Made by a program: the position numbers and the translations under genes. DNA of 64,000 nucleotides, taken from contig JANJGN010000210.1 in assembly GCA_026770705.1 (NCBI GenBank), positions 124,001 to 188,000 of the forward strand, in the 5' to 3' direction. Source of the DNA: Isurus oxyrinchus. Taxonomy: Eukaryota. The notes under the pieces are model-generated. The model worked only from the letters and a program-made list of their open reading frames with translations, was not told where the DNA came from and made no database searches. Position 1 is the stretch's first letter; every line of letters starts with the position of its first letter. Of this stretch, positions 53,681 through 64,000 are shown in pieces.

Positions 53681-53893
53681 CACAGTGATACGGAGCATGG
53701 AGAGAACCGTACAAAAACCTGAACATGGTGCAGAGTGACACAGAAACCAGAGGGCGCTGTACAAAAACCTGAACATGGTGGGGTAACAGACACACAGTGA
53801 TACAGAGCACGGAAAGAGTTGTACAAAAAGCTGAACATGGTGGGATTACAGACACACAGTGATACAAGGCACGGAAAGAAATCAAATAATTGC
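53681..53893 (+). other. Tandem array of four 23-spacer RSSs
   Basis: Heptamers at 53681 (CACAGTG), 53731 (CAGAGTG), 53793 and 53855 (CACAGTG). Each is followed 23 nt later by ACAAAAACC, ACAAAAACC, ACAAAAAGC and AATAATTGC respectively. Confidence 0.92.
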
Positions 53894-54179
53894 CCAATTT
53901 CGGGTTTACGTTGAAAGGAGCATACACACACACACACGCAAACCTACATACACACACAGAAGAGGGATGGGGCTAGGGAATCACTCCACGAATGTATTTT
54001 CAATTGACCTTATAATTTTGTGTCACAGAATAAAACCGTTAAACACATCAAGGTCGCACGTTCTTTCTGGCTCTGCAGAGCCTTTAACGTTTTTATACTT
54101 CGAGCCGCCTACAATACTCCCGCCAAAATAATTCATTCAATTATCCATTCTTCAACAAGCGATATGCACTTTATGGGCA

Positions 54180-54530
54180 TAAATGATTGAAGGTGGCCTG
54201 ACAGCCTGAGAAAGTGGTGCTAAAACATTAGGAATTATCGACATCATAACAGCGGCATAGAGTCTAAAAGCAAGGGAATACTACTGTTCCCCTGGAAATC
54301 ACTGGTTCCCCCTCAACTGGAACATTGTGTCCACTTCCGGGCATCGCACTTTAGGAGGGATGTGAATGGTTTAGAGAGGGCGCATGTAAGATTACTAGAG
54401 TCATCCCAGGGATGCAGAACTTCAGTTAATTGGATAGATTGGGGAAACTGGGCTTGTTCTCCATGGAGAATGGAATGTTCAGGATAGATCACATAGACGT
54501 GCTCAAAATCATGTAGCCTTGGGCTCCGTT
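54180..54530 (+). mobile_element. Decayed CR1 fragment
   Basis: CAACTGGAACATTGTGTCCAC...TTTAGGAGGGATGTG matches the CR1 RT C-terminal region seen in other copies. Confidence 0.6.
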
Positions 54531-56230
54531 GATCAAAACAAACTGTTTCTATAGGTGGGAGGGTAGAGAAGAGCAGGAGGCTGGTTTTCGATTCTCTTCC
54601 TTGGTAAATGGGCCGTGGAAGGAAGTGGCTCCAACAGTTCTGTGCGGCTGGGAAGGAGCCCTATCTGTGGCACAGGGAGTGCAGGTGGCACTCTGCGAGA
54701 ATTGTCCGCAAATTCGCGGCTGTTCAAACCATCGCTTTTGTCCACTAAGACCGAATGTTTATATTGAAGTCACTTTTCGTATAAATCAAGCCTTTTTCCC
54801 CGCATTCACGTGAGATATGCACAGCCTGCTGTATCACAAACACATACAAGGCCGACTGTGTGTCACAGAAACCTGGCCTCCGGTTTTCAATGGCTCAGGG
54901 CAAAATATTGTCAGCAGGATAACAGCACAGTGATTAGCTCTTTCTCCCCTGATCCGTTGTCAGGAGGTGACGGTGTATTTTCAGGCTCCACCCAGTATTA
55001 AAATTTCCAGCTTGTAAATCGTGTAACTTTTGACCTGGTACATGGAAGAGGGGTAAAACCGCAGTTCTTAAAGGGGGTCTGCAGCGCTCAAGCTGTTTGG
55101 CTAAGTTTCGCATTTAGGAGGGGTGATTAGTGGTTGAAATATGGATCAGAAGAAAGTGACAGTTTTAATGCATTGATTCAGTCAGTTGGCTGAACATCAA
55201 TTGTTCATTTTTAATAACAACAATGATTTCGTACAGTCAACACATAATGTAGAAACAGTAGTTTTCGAGGAGTACATGCCATCAATCCAATGCAATGTTG
55301 TTGTAAGAAACACGATCTGGATCTTGTTTATTGCTGTATCCTCTTAAAACACAGCATATGGACTTGGGAATACAACAAAGTTAGGATGAATGCTAACAGA
55401 GACAGAGCCTAGTGTAATACTCAAAAAGGAAGTGTAAAATAATGGGGATCCATTAAAACATTCACAGAGAAAGAGCCTAACATCATAACCAAGGAGCCTA
55501 GGACTGGTACAAAAATATCTTAATATTTCCTTATGTGACTTAATTCCAATTTTGTTTTATTGTGCCCTTGTGAGGCGCTTGGTAACATTTATAATGTTTT
55601 AAAATGTTATAATACATGTTAAACCCTGTGCAAATGCGCATTGTTGTTGTGAGATTATGCTTTGTGTTGTGTGGATATTCGTTGGCTACTGCTGGCATAA
55701 CTTGCATTGTGTGGATATAACTTGCATTGTGTGGGTATAACTTGCAATTTCTGGGGACCTTATGTGTTGTGTGTGAGTCTAACTTCTATCATGTCAGTAA
55801 ATTCGGCAGCATTTAACTTTCACTGTCATTCTGATTCTTACCTGGTCTCATGTAACTGAGCTGTGCTGGCTTCGGCCTGATGGCTATCAATGTTTCTTTC
55901 AGTGTCTCCCATAAATGAACGTTCCACATGACTAAGTGTACTTTAGATCTGCGCAAGCACTAACAAGTTACATTCAAAACTACACTGGGCTGCATGAGGC
56001 ATCAAGGCTCGATAATCGTCTCCCAAGTGTCTCCCAACATTCAACCACCTCCCAAAAATAACATGAAAAACAATTGCTGACTTTATTTGTTCGGGTAACT
56101 GTAAATAATTATGGAAGGTAATTGTCTCTCTGTAGAATTCCAACAGTATAAATAAGGATCTATTTGAGCTTATCACAGAGAATCTCTGTCATCAACTATC
56201 ACCGGCAGAGAACATCTCTTCTCATAGAAA

Positions 56231-56300
56231 ATGCACGGCCGAATATCTGGTGTAGTTTATGCCATTTACTATCCAATTCTTGCTGCTATTGGAGTTCCGG
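56231..56300 (+). CDS. GPR139/GPR142-like GPCR, coding exon 1
   Basis: MHGRISGVVYAIYYPILAAIGVP + G|GTAAGT; joins exon 2 to give GVPVNL, the TM1 motif. Confidence 0.85.
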
Positions 56301-56347
56301 GTAAGTCTTTGGGCTAAACCATCAATTGGACAAAGCACTGTTTTATG

Positions 56348-56718
56348 GATTTCCAGCATCCACAGTGTTTTGTTTTTATCTCTGTGTTTAATTGACTGCC
56401 ACTTCACTTAAAGAAATATCTACCTTGAAGACGTACGGCTCTACTCTCCGACAAGATTTCCGTATCTCTCTTTTGCCTTGTTCACTGCTTGCTTGTCCCT
56501 ACAACCACACTCCCCACTTCTCTCCCCCACCCCACCCCCACCTTAAACCAGTTTATATTTCACCCCTCTCCTAATTTTGCTCAGTTCTGTTGAAGGGTCA
56601 TGAGGACTCAAAACATCAACTTTATTCTTCTCCGCCGATGCTGCCAGACCTGCTGATATTTTCCAGGTAATTTTGTTTTTGTTTTGGATTTCCAGCCTCC
56701 ACAGTTTTTTGTTTTTAT
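56348..56718 (+). mobile_element. Penelope-like terminal repeat insertion in the GPCR intron
   Basis: Partial tandem terminus (GATTTCCAGCATCC...TTTTATC twice) flanked by CACTGTTTTATG at 56336 and 56719. Confidence 0.75.
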
Positions 56719-59700
56719 CACTGTTTTATGAAGCTGGTTCTGTCAAAGGCAATTAAAAATTGTGATATAGTCATCTTCAGGCATTTCTTTAAACTCATTT
56801 TTTCAGGGATATATAAACTTTCCGCCGTTTTAATATTTCTTTGTTTTAAACTCAAGCATTAATAATTAAGTCTCTGAAAAACCCAAAATTCTGCGTCTAT
56901 TCCTTTACACCATCCCATGCTGAGGCTGCGCAGGTTGCTAGATTGAATTCTAAAAAGTAATATTCTGGTAGCCTTTTCAAAATCTATAGTTCACGGATAT
57001 TCTTCTACAAGTGAATAACTGGAGAATACATATCCAGTGATACCAACTTTAGGTAGAGTTTGATTTTGTGTTAGTCTAAAAATAGCAATTGCCGTTGTTA
57101 TATCTGCCTTGAATTATGGTTCCATTGTTTTCAGGTGAATTACAATTCTGGAGTGATGTGGAATGAGCTGCAGGTTCATTAATAGCCATTTCACATTTGC
57201 GCCTGAAGTTAAGCTTCACCTGCTTGAAATGGTTGAGGGATGAAATTGGCCTTGAGCTGTTAAGCAAGACAGTTTTACCCTCGATGCAGTCCTCTGTCCC
57301 ATTGACATTGGAGGCTTGGAAATCGGACCAAGTGTAAAACTGTCAGCTCATTCGATCCAGCCTAAAAACGGTTCCTGCCCCATGGAAGTCAAAGGGTATC
57401 GGGTGCAGGTGGAAATGTGGAGCTGTGGCCATGCTCAGGCTAGCCATGATCTTATTGAATAACGAAGCAGGCTAGAGGGACCGAATGGCCTGTCTCTGCT
57501 CCTGATTCGTATGTTTGTATTTCCTTGAAATGCTCGCCCAAGGCTATTGAATTAATAGTTTAGTGGCATAGTCAATATAGTTATCTTCCCTTTGAGTTTG
57601 GGCTCCTTTACGTTATGCCAATCAATCACTATTTCCCATTCTGCGCTAAAATTGCCCTTTAATTTGTCTCTTTGTGGGTATGCTGTTATAACGAAAGCCA
57701 TGAAGTTATGAACTAAATGCAGTTTAAAAATCAATGCAGAGATCTGATCAAAATAATCACTGGTGTCAAATGTTTTTAATTACAAAGTCAATCATTATAC
57801 GTACGGAGTAAGTTAACGCTTTCATGAGAAAACCAGGTGAATATTTATTTTTGTAGCGTCACTTACTGAGGCACCGCTACTTTGTTGTAATGGTTTTGCT
57901 ACTCTGTGTTCTGAAACATTTTTCTCTGCCCAGAGCTAGTTGAGCGAGGAAGGAAATGCTGTTGTGTTGTTTCATACATGACAAAATCCCCGGTAGATAA
58001 CCGACATCAGACGTGTTTGCAGAAAAATCGTTGTGGCTCAGCAAAGGAATGTATAACTTAACACAGACCTTTCATGCCAACCAGGTTATGTTCCGCGAGC
58101 GGAAGCTCATGCTTACGTCACTGGATTAATGATCCAGAGGCCTGAGCCAATGACATGAGTTCCAATTCTAATTCTACTAATTAATTTCAATGGAGATAAT
58201 AAATAACTCGAGTAAAGTTGAAGTACCAGAAATAGTGATCAGGCAACTACAAGATCATCGCAATAAACTCTACCCGGTTCACCAACGTCCTTCAGGGAAG
58301 GACATCTACTCCGGCTCAGATATGATTCCAGATCCACAACAATGTGGTTGAACATTAACCGCCTTCTTACATGACCCAGAAAACCATTCAATCGGTAGGT
58401 GGCGGCTGGCCATCACCCTCTGAAAGGCAGTTAGTGATGGACAATAGACGCTGTTGCTCCTAAGTCGCCGAAATCGAGTGAATGAATGAATGAATGAATA
58501 AAAAGGGCCAGGGTGTAGGAGGGGCTAGAGCGCTTACCCTACACCCGGAAAGCTGGAAAGTAAGTCGAAGCTGCTGTTAACTTGAGAATCAGGCATTGTG
58601 CCGAGCCGTGCACCACTGGAACAGACATACATCTGAGCAGCTACCTGCGTGTATATGAACAATGGGCAAGTTCTATGTTTCTGTCATTATGTGTAGCTCT
58701 AAATGAACATGATAAGGTTTTAGTGACAGACAACGCTTACATATATACCAATAGGCTGCAAAATTTGCATTCCGCTCAGTGGGAGATGAAACGTGGTAAA
58801 TAGGAAATTCACATAGAACCAAACGTTCCCGATATTGGGGAGGCATAAAATCGGTGATCTGCATTGGGATATCCGTTTGATGCCCTGAGGATCTCTAGAC
58901 TGGTGTTAATCAGAAAGATTATTCTATCTTCAACCAAAAACGGTTGTTGCCCATTGGAGTCAAAGGATATCGGGGGCAGGTGGGAATGTGGCATTGAGGC
59001 CGTAATGAGATCATCCATGATCTTATTGAATGGCGAAGAAGGCTAGATTGGCTGAATGGCCTGAGTCTGCTCCTGATTCGTTTGTTTGTACGTCCCTGAA
59101 ATATTCGTCCAAGGCTATTGAATTAATAGTTTAGTGGAATAGCCACTATACTAATCATCTATTCATTGCGATTACAGGGCACAGATCGGCACGCTCCATA
59201 CTTCAGCCGCTCAAACGTCAGAATTCACCTGGGAGTGAAGACAAATGTTGGAGATAAAATTCGTTTTTCCTGTACCTCAGAGTGAGAGAGGTTCCAAGCA
59301 AAATTAAAACCATGCCGGATTTTTACTTCAATCATTGTGCATTGTCCCAAAGAAGAATTTCAGCGACAATATTTTGTTTGCCTCCTTTGGGGTATTGAAT
59401 TGCCTTTTGGTCAATGGGCGTGAAGAGTGGGAGAAGAACTACGGACATGATTCTGGTTACACCGAGGGGTGCAGATTAAAGGCTTTTAACTATTTTAAAC
59501 AACGATTGCTCTGGGTCCGAACTTCAGTCCCGCTTCTTCATTGGTGTCACAGGGCCTGATAATTATCACTCCCATTTTGAGGCCCTCTAAAGGCAAGTGG
59601 TATTCATGAAAATCGCCTCATCTTTATTTTATTAATCCAAATTATATCACCTTGGACACCAGCAATTTGTTGATTTGATTAATGCCATCGGAATGTTAAA

Positions 59701-59994
59701 GTATGTCATGCATCCACGCTTACAGGTAGCATAGCCACCGGGATCTGAGATACATAATCCAATCCAGTGGGGTGCTCAGCACTGAGTACCAAAAAATTAC
59801 TGAAAGTTATCTGGTTTACATATCCAGATGGACGACGTGTGATGACCTGGGAGGTGATCATTGTCGTGCTATATATACGTGGTCATTTGCTCTTACAGCT
59901 GCAGATTTACATATGGCACCACGTGCGCTCCATTCTCGCTGTGGTGTGATTGATGTCTTTCTGGAAGATCAGACAAGTTTGTATACAAGAACAC

Positions 59995-60430
59995 CAGCGA
60001 TAGAAGCAGCAGAAGACCATGCAGCACGCTGAGCCAGCTCCTCTGTTAAATTAAATCATGGCTGATCCTGGTCTTCAATCCACTTTCCGCTGGGTCCACA
60101 TACCATCTGATTCCCAGAGACGCCAACAATCTGTCTATCCAAGTCTGAAATCTTCTCAACAATGAAATATCCACAGACCTCTGGGTATAGAATTCCAGAA
60201 ATGCACAAACTTTTGAGTGAAGAAATTTCTGCTGATCTCCATCCGAAATGATCGCTCTCTTATCCCGGGGCTGTTCCCGGAGGCTTTAGATCTTCCAGTC
60301 AGCGGGAAAACCCTCCGCATGTCTATCCCGTCAAGCCCTTGAGAATAGTGCATGTTTCCATGAGATTACTTCCCATTCTTCTAAATCCCTGAAAATATAA
60401 GCCGAAGTTATTTCGCCTTTCACCATCGGG
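59995..60430 (-). mobile_element. CR1-like 3' fragment
   Basis: ORF 60156-60353 resembles the CR1 C-terminus (FRMEISRNFFTQ...WNSIP). Confidence 0.65.
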
Positions 60431-61105
60431 CAATAAACATCACACCTCCGCAGAATGGGAACTGTAGAAACGTAGACATGTCGCCTCCAAACTAGCAGTA
60501 TTTCAGATATAAATCGTTTGGTGCTTCTCCAATTGCATATACCCGACACATCCTGCTTCCTAAACATCCTCCCGTGGAATCCTAACGAGCCAATTTAAAC
60601 AATGTCACAGTGTACATTTCAACAACAGAAAGATAATATGTCTACTGTATTTAGAGGAAATGCCCTGTAACATGATGCAATATCCAAAAGCTGAGTGCCA
60701 AATATTACAAGTAACCTCAAGGCCTTCAGCTGTTATGTCCTAAGCCCTCTTAAATTCACTCCCTAAAACATTCCGCCTCTCTACTGCACTCTCTTCCTTA
60801 AATCGTCCCTTAAACCTATATCATTCTCATTCTTTTTCGTCATTTGGCATAATATCTCCTTATGCGGTTGGATATTAAATTTTGCTGTATCACTCTCCTG
60901 TGACACGCTTGGGCCACGTTTTTACGTTAAAGGTGCTATATAACTGCAGCCTATCCATGTTGTTTATATTAAAACAGAGATGACATTGGAAAGCTATTAA
61001 TCATTAATTTGGTTGTCTTCTATAAACGAGGATGAAGTATCAGAAGCCTGTAACATTCACGTCCCTGCTTGAACTTTACAATGTTAATTTTGTTATTCCT
61101 CTCAG

Positions 61106-62013
61106 TTAACTTGGTGATAATTGTGATCCTATCCCGAGGAAGGTGTGGTCTCTCCAAATGCATCACTCGGTACCTGGTGTCCATGGCAGTGACGGATCTA
61201 TTAGTTGTTGTGAGCGCTGTGATATTCAATCGGATCATTGGCATTTATGTTCCCGTTAGTTTTATGTCCATGACTCCAGCCTGCACTCTCAGTACTGTGC
61301 TAATCTATGCAGCCACGGAGAGTTCTGTTTGGTTAACCGTCGCTTTCACCTTTGACCGATACATAGCCATTTGTTTCCAGAAGCTGAAAACAAATTATTG
61401 CACTGAGAGAATGGCGGCTGTGGTTATAGGAACTGTCTGTCTGTTAAGCTTTTTAAAAAGTGTTCCCTGGTACTTTATGTATGAACCACTCTATATAATG
61501 AACAATGTACCGTGGTTTTGTAATGTAAAATCAAGCTTCTACACATCACTCGCATGGACAGCCTATGATTGGTTTGCACGTGTTTTAAATCCGGTCTTGC
61601 CATTCCTCCTGATTCTGTTGTTCAATGCTCTGACCGTCAGGCACATCCTCGAGGCCAGTCGAGCCCGCAGGAGACTCCGGACTCACCGCAGTGGAGAGAA
61701 GCAGAGTGATCCAGAGATGAAGAACCGGAGAAAGTCAATTGTTTTACTCTTTACCATCTCGGGAAGCTTCATCCTGTTGTGGATGACGTACGTTGTAGAT
61801 TTCCTGTATATGAAAATTACAAACGAACCTTATTTCACAGGTTCCAATTTCAATGACCCCAAATTCATTCGCCAAGAAAGTGGAAACATGCTTCAGCTCT
61901 TGAGCTGCTGCACCAACACGTGTATTTATGCAGTGACCCAGAGAAAATTCAGAGAGGAGCTGAAAAATGCAGCAAAATATCCCTGGAATCTAATTGTGAA
62001 TTTAGTAAACTAG
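61106..62013 (+). CDS. GPR139/GPR142-like class A GPCR, coding exon 2 (spliced product 325 aa)
   Basis: Acceptor ttcctctcag|. YLVSMAVTDL, SVWLTVAFTFDRYIAIC, ILLFNALTV, CTNTCIY...KFREEL; open to TAG. Confidence 0.9.
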
Positions 62014-62984
62014 GAAAGTCACAGGCCTGAGTTTTGGATAATCTCAAAATGTATATTTTTATCTCTGCGTTTTTCTCCCTGACATGTGGGGTGAAATTGG
62101 TCTTGCACAACCGTGCAAAACGGCTCTAAACAACCTGCCACCAGTTTGCATCCTGCTTCACTGACGTGTCAAGTGAAGAAAATCGGACTGGATGTAAAAT
62201 CCACAGCCAGTTTGTGATCGCCAGGCTTGTGTGACCAGCCCCTCCAATCATGTCCCGCCCTCCTTTAGAGGTTTCTCCTTAAGAACATAAGAAATGGGAA
62301 TAGGGAGGGCCAAGCAATTCCTCCAGCCTGCACTTCATTTAATACAATCGTGACCGAACTTCTATATCAAAGCCACGATTCTGCTCTGTCCCTTTATCCA
62401 CTAACTCCCTTAGTGCCCCAAAATCCATCAGCTTCAAACTTGAATATGCTCAGTAATTGAATGCCTACAGTCCGCTAGCATGGAGAGTCCAAAAATTGGT
62501 AACTCTTAAATTTCTCATCATCCAAGACCCACATTCCTTATCCTGAAACTATGACCCTTAGTTACCCACTATCTAGATGAAGAAACATCTTCTCAGTGTC
62601 TGCTTGTCGAGTTCCCAAAGAAATTGAAACATTTCGATGAGATCACTTCTCATGCTCCGAAACTCTGAGACTAGAGGCCCATTCTACTCAATCTTCACCC
62701 TGTCTCTCTGGCGCAAAACAGATCTGTCCCAGTTCCTTCCTCTGGATACCGAAGGATAGCGTAAAGTGACCTGGTGGATTTGCAAGTCAGTAAAGGTCAC
62801 AGTTGAACACCTGAAATTGCAATGCATTACTTGGTGATGCACATTTACATGGGCCATTAAGGTATTTCAAACAAATGTGCTAACAGCTGTAAGGAATCAT
62901 TTACACACCAATGTTAAACATTCAAGAAGAAAATTCACCATCGGCAGATCTGTCTTCCTGTGTATATTCCAAGTTCTCTTTACG

Positions 62985-63950
62985 GGAACATATTTGCCCT
63001 GTATTCCGGCTATTCCCCCATTGGATTCCCAATGCTCTGACACAGTTTTCCCTGCTCAAAGCTGCTTCCAGTCCACTTGGGCGAAATCATATCTCATCTT
63101 AGTAAAGTCAGCCTTTCTCCAGTTTAGAACTTTTATTCCTGGCCCAACCTTATACTTTTCCATATATATCCTAAATCTAACTGAGCAATGGTCACTATCC
63201 CCAAAATGCTCCCCTACTGATACGCTTTCCACCTGCCTGGGCTCACTTCCGAACATTAGGTCCAGAACTGCCCCTTTCCTTGTTAGGTTTTTTACATACT
63301 GCCTAAAAAATGTTCTCCTGGATGCAACTTAAGAATTTTGCTCCCTCCCTAACTTGCAGACCAAAACTCTCCCAGTTAAAATTTGGGTAGTAAAAATCTT
63401 CTACTATTGCTGTCTTACTATTTTTACACAGCTCTGAAATTTGATTAAATATTTGATCCTCTATGTCTCCCTAACTATTTGGGGGCCTATAGTACACACC
63501 CAACAGCGTGTTTGCCCCTTTTGTGTTTTTTCAGTTTTACCCATTTGGCCTCATTTGATGATCCTTCAAGGATATTATCTCTCTTCATTGTTATAATTCA
63601 TTTCTTGATCATTATTGCGGCCCGCCATTCTCTTCTACCCCCCTCTTGATCTCGTCTGAATACCCTATAACCAGGAATGTTGAGCTGCCAATCCTCCACT
63701 TCTTTTAGTCAAGTGTCGGTCATAATTATGATATCATATTGCCAGGTGTCTGTCTATGCCCTCAGCTCGTCTGTCTTATTCCTCAGGCTCCCTGCATTAA
63801 AATATATTCAATTTAGCCTGGCTAAACTCTCTTCTATCTTATCTAGCCTATGATCTTCGCTGCCTTCCAGACTCACTTACTAGCGTTTTAACTTCTAATT
63901 CCATCTCAGCTTCTCTCCCCGTTGAACTACATTTCAGGATCTCATCACCC
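62985..63950 (-). mobile_element. CR1-like LINE endonuclease-region fragment
   Basis: VESVSVGEHFGDSDHCSVRF: APE endonuclease SDH motif. Confidence 0.75.
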
Positions 63951-64000
63951 TGCCAATTTAGTTCAAATCCAATTCAATTTAAATGAATTCATCGCTACAT

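Noticed and set aside
54926-54932. Isolated CACAGTG heptamer
   Set aside because: No nonamer at 12 or 23 spacing and no coding segment.
61069-61105. N-terminus of the 314-aa ORF as GPCR start
   Set aside because: Intronic pyrimidine tract; the real TM1 start comes from exon 1 at 56231-56300.

Overview
Eukaryotic, repeat-rich DNA from a cartilaginous fish (shark-type Ig/TCR segments and shark repeat families), covering part of a mixed immunoglobulin/T-cell-receptor region. Left end (- strand): an intact IgM-type VH gene (leader, V exon, 23-RSS with a weak nonamer) pointing out of the window, probably toward its D segment. Middle: a ~13.5-kb satellite (54-bp dimer of 27-bp units) with internal block duplications, a 67-bp satellite, CR1/RTE LINE fragments, SINEs, Penelope-like elements with hammerhead-like motifs, and an assembly gap. 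Right (+ strand): two decayed TCR alpha/delta-type V pseudogenes, then a NAR-TCR cassette (leader, NAR-like V-22RSS, 12-D-12, 23RSS-J) whose J splices in frame to a supporting TCR-delta V with a 1-nt frameshift. A two-exon GPR139/142-like GPCR follows. Most unusual observations: a tandem array of four 23-RSSs behind the supporting V, and an apparent relic leader exon with a dead splice donor upstream of it. All calls were made by eye, without database searches.
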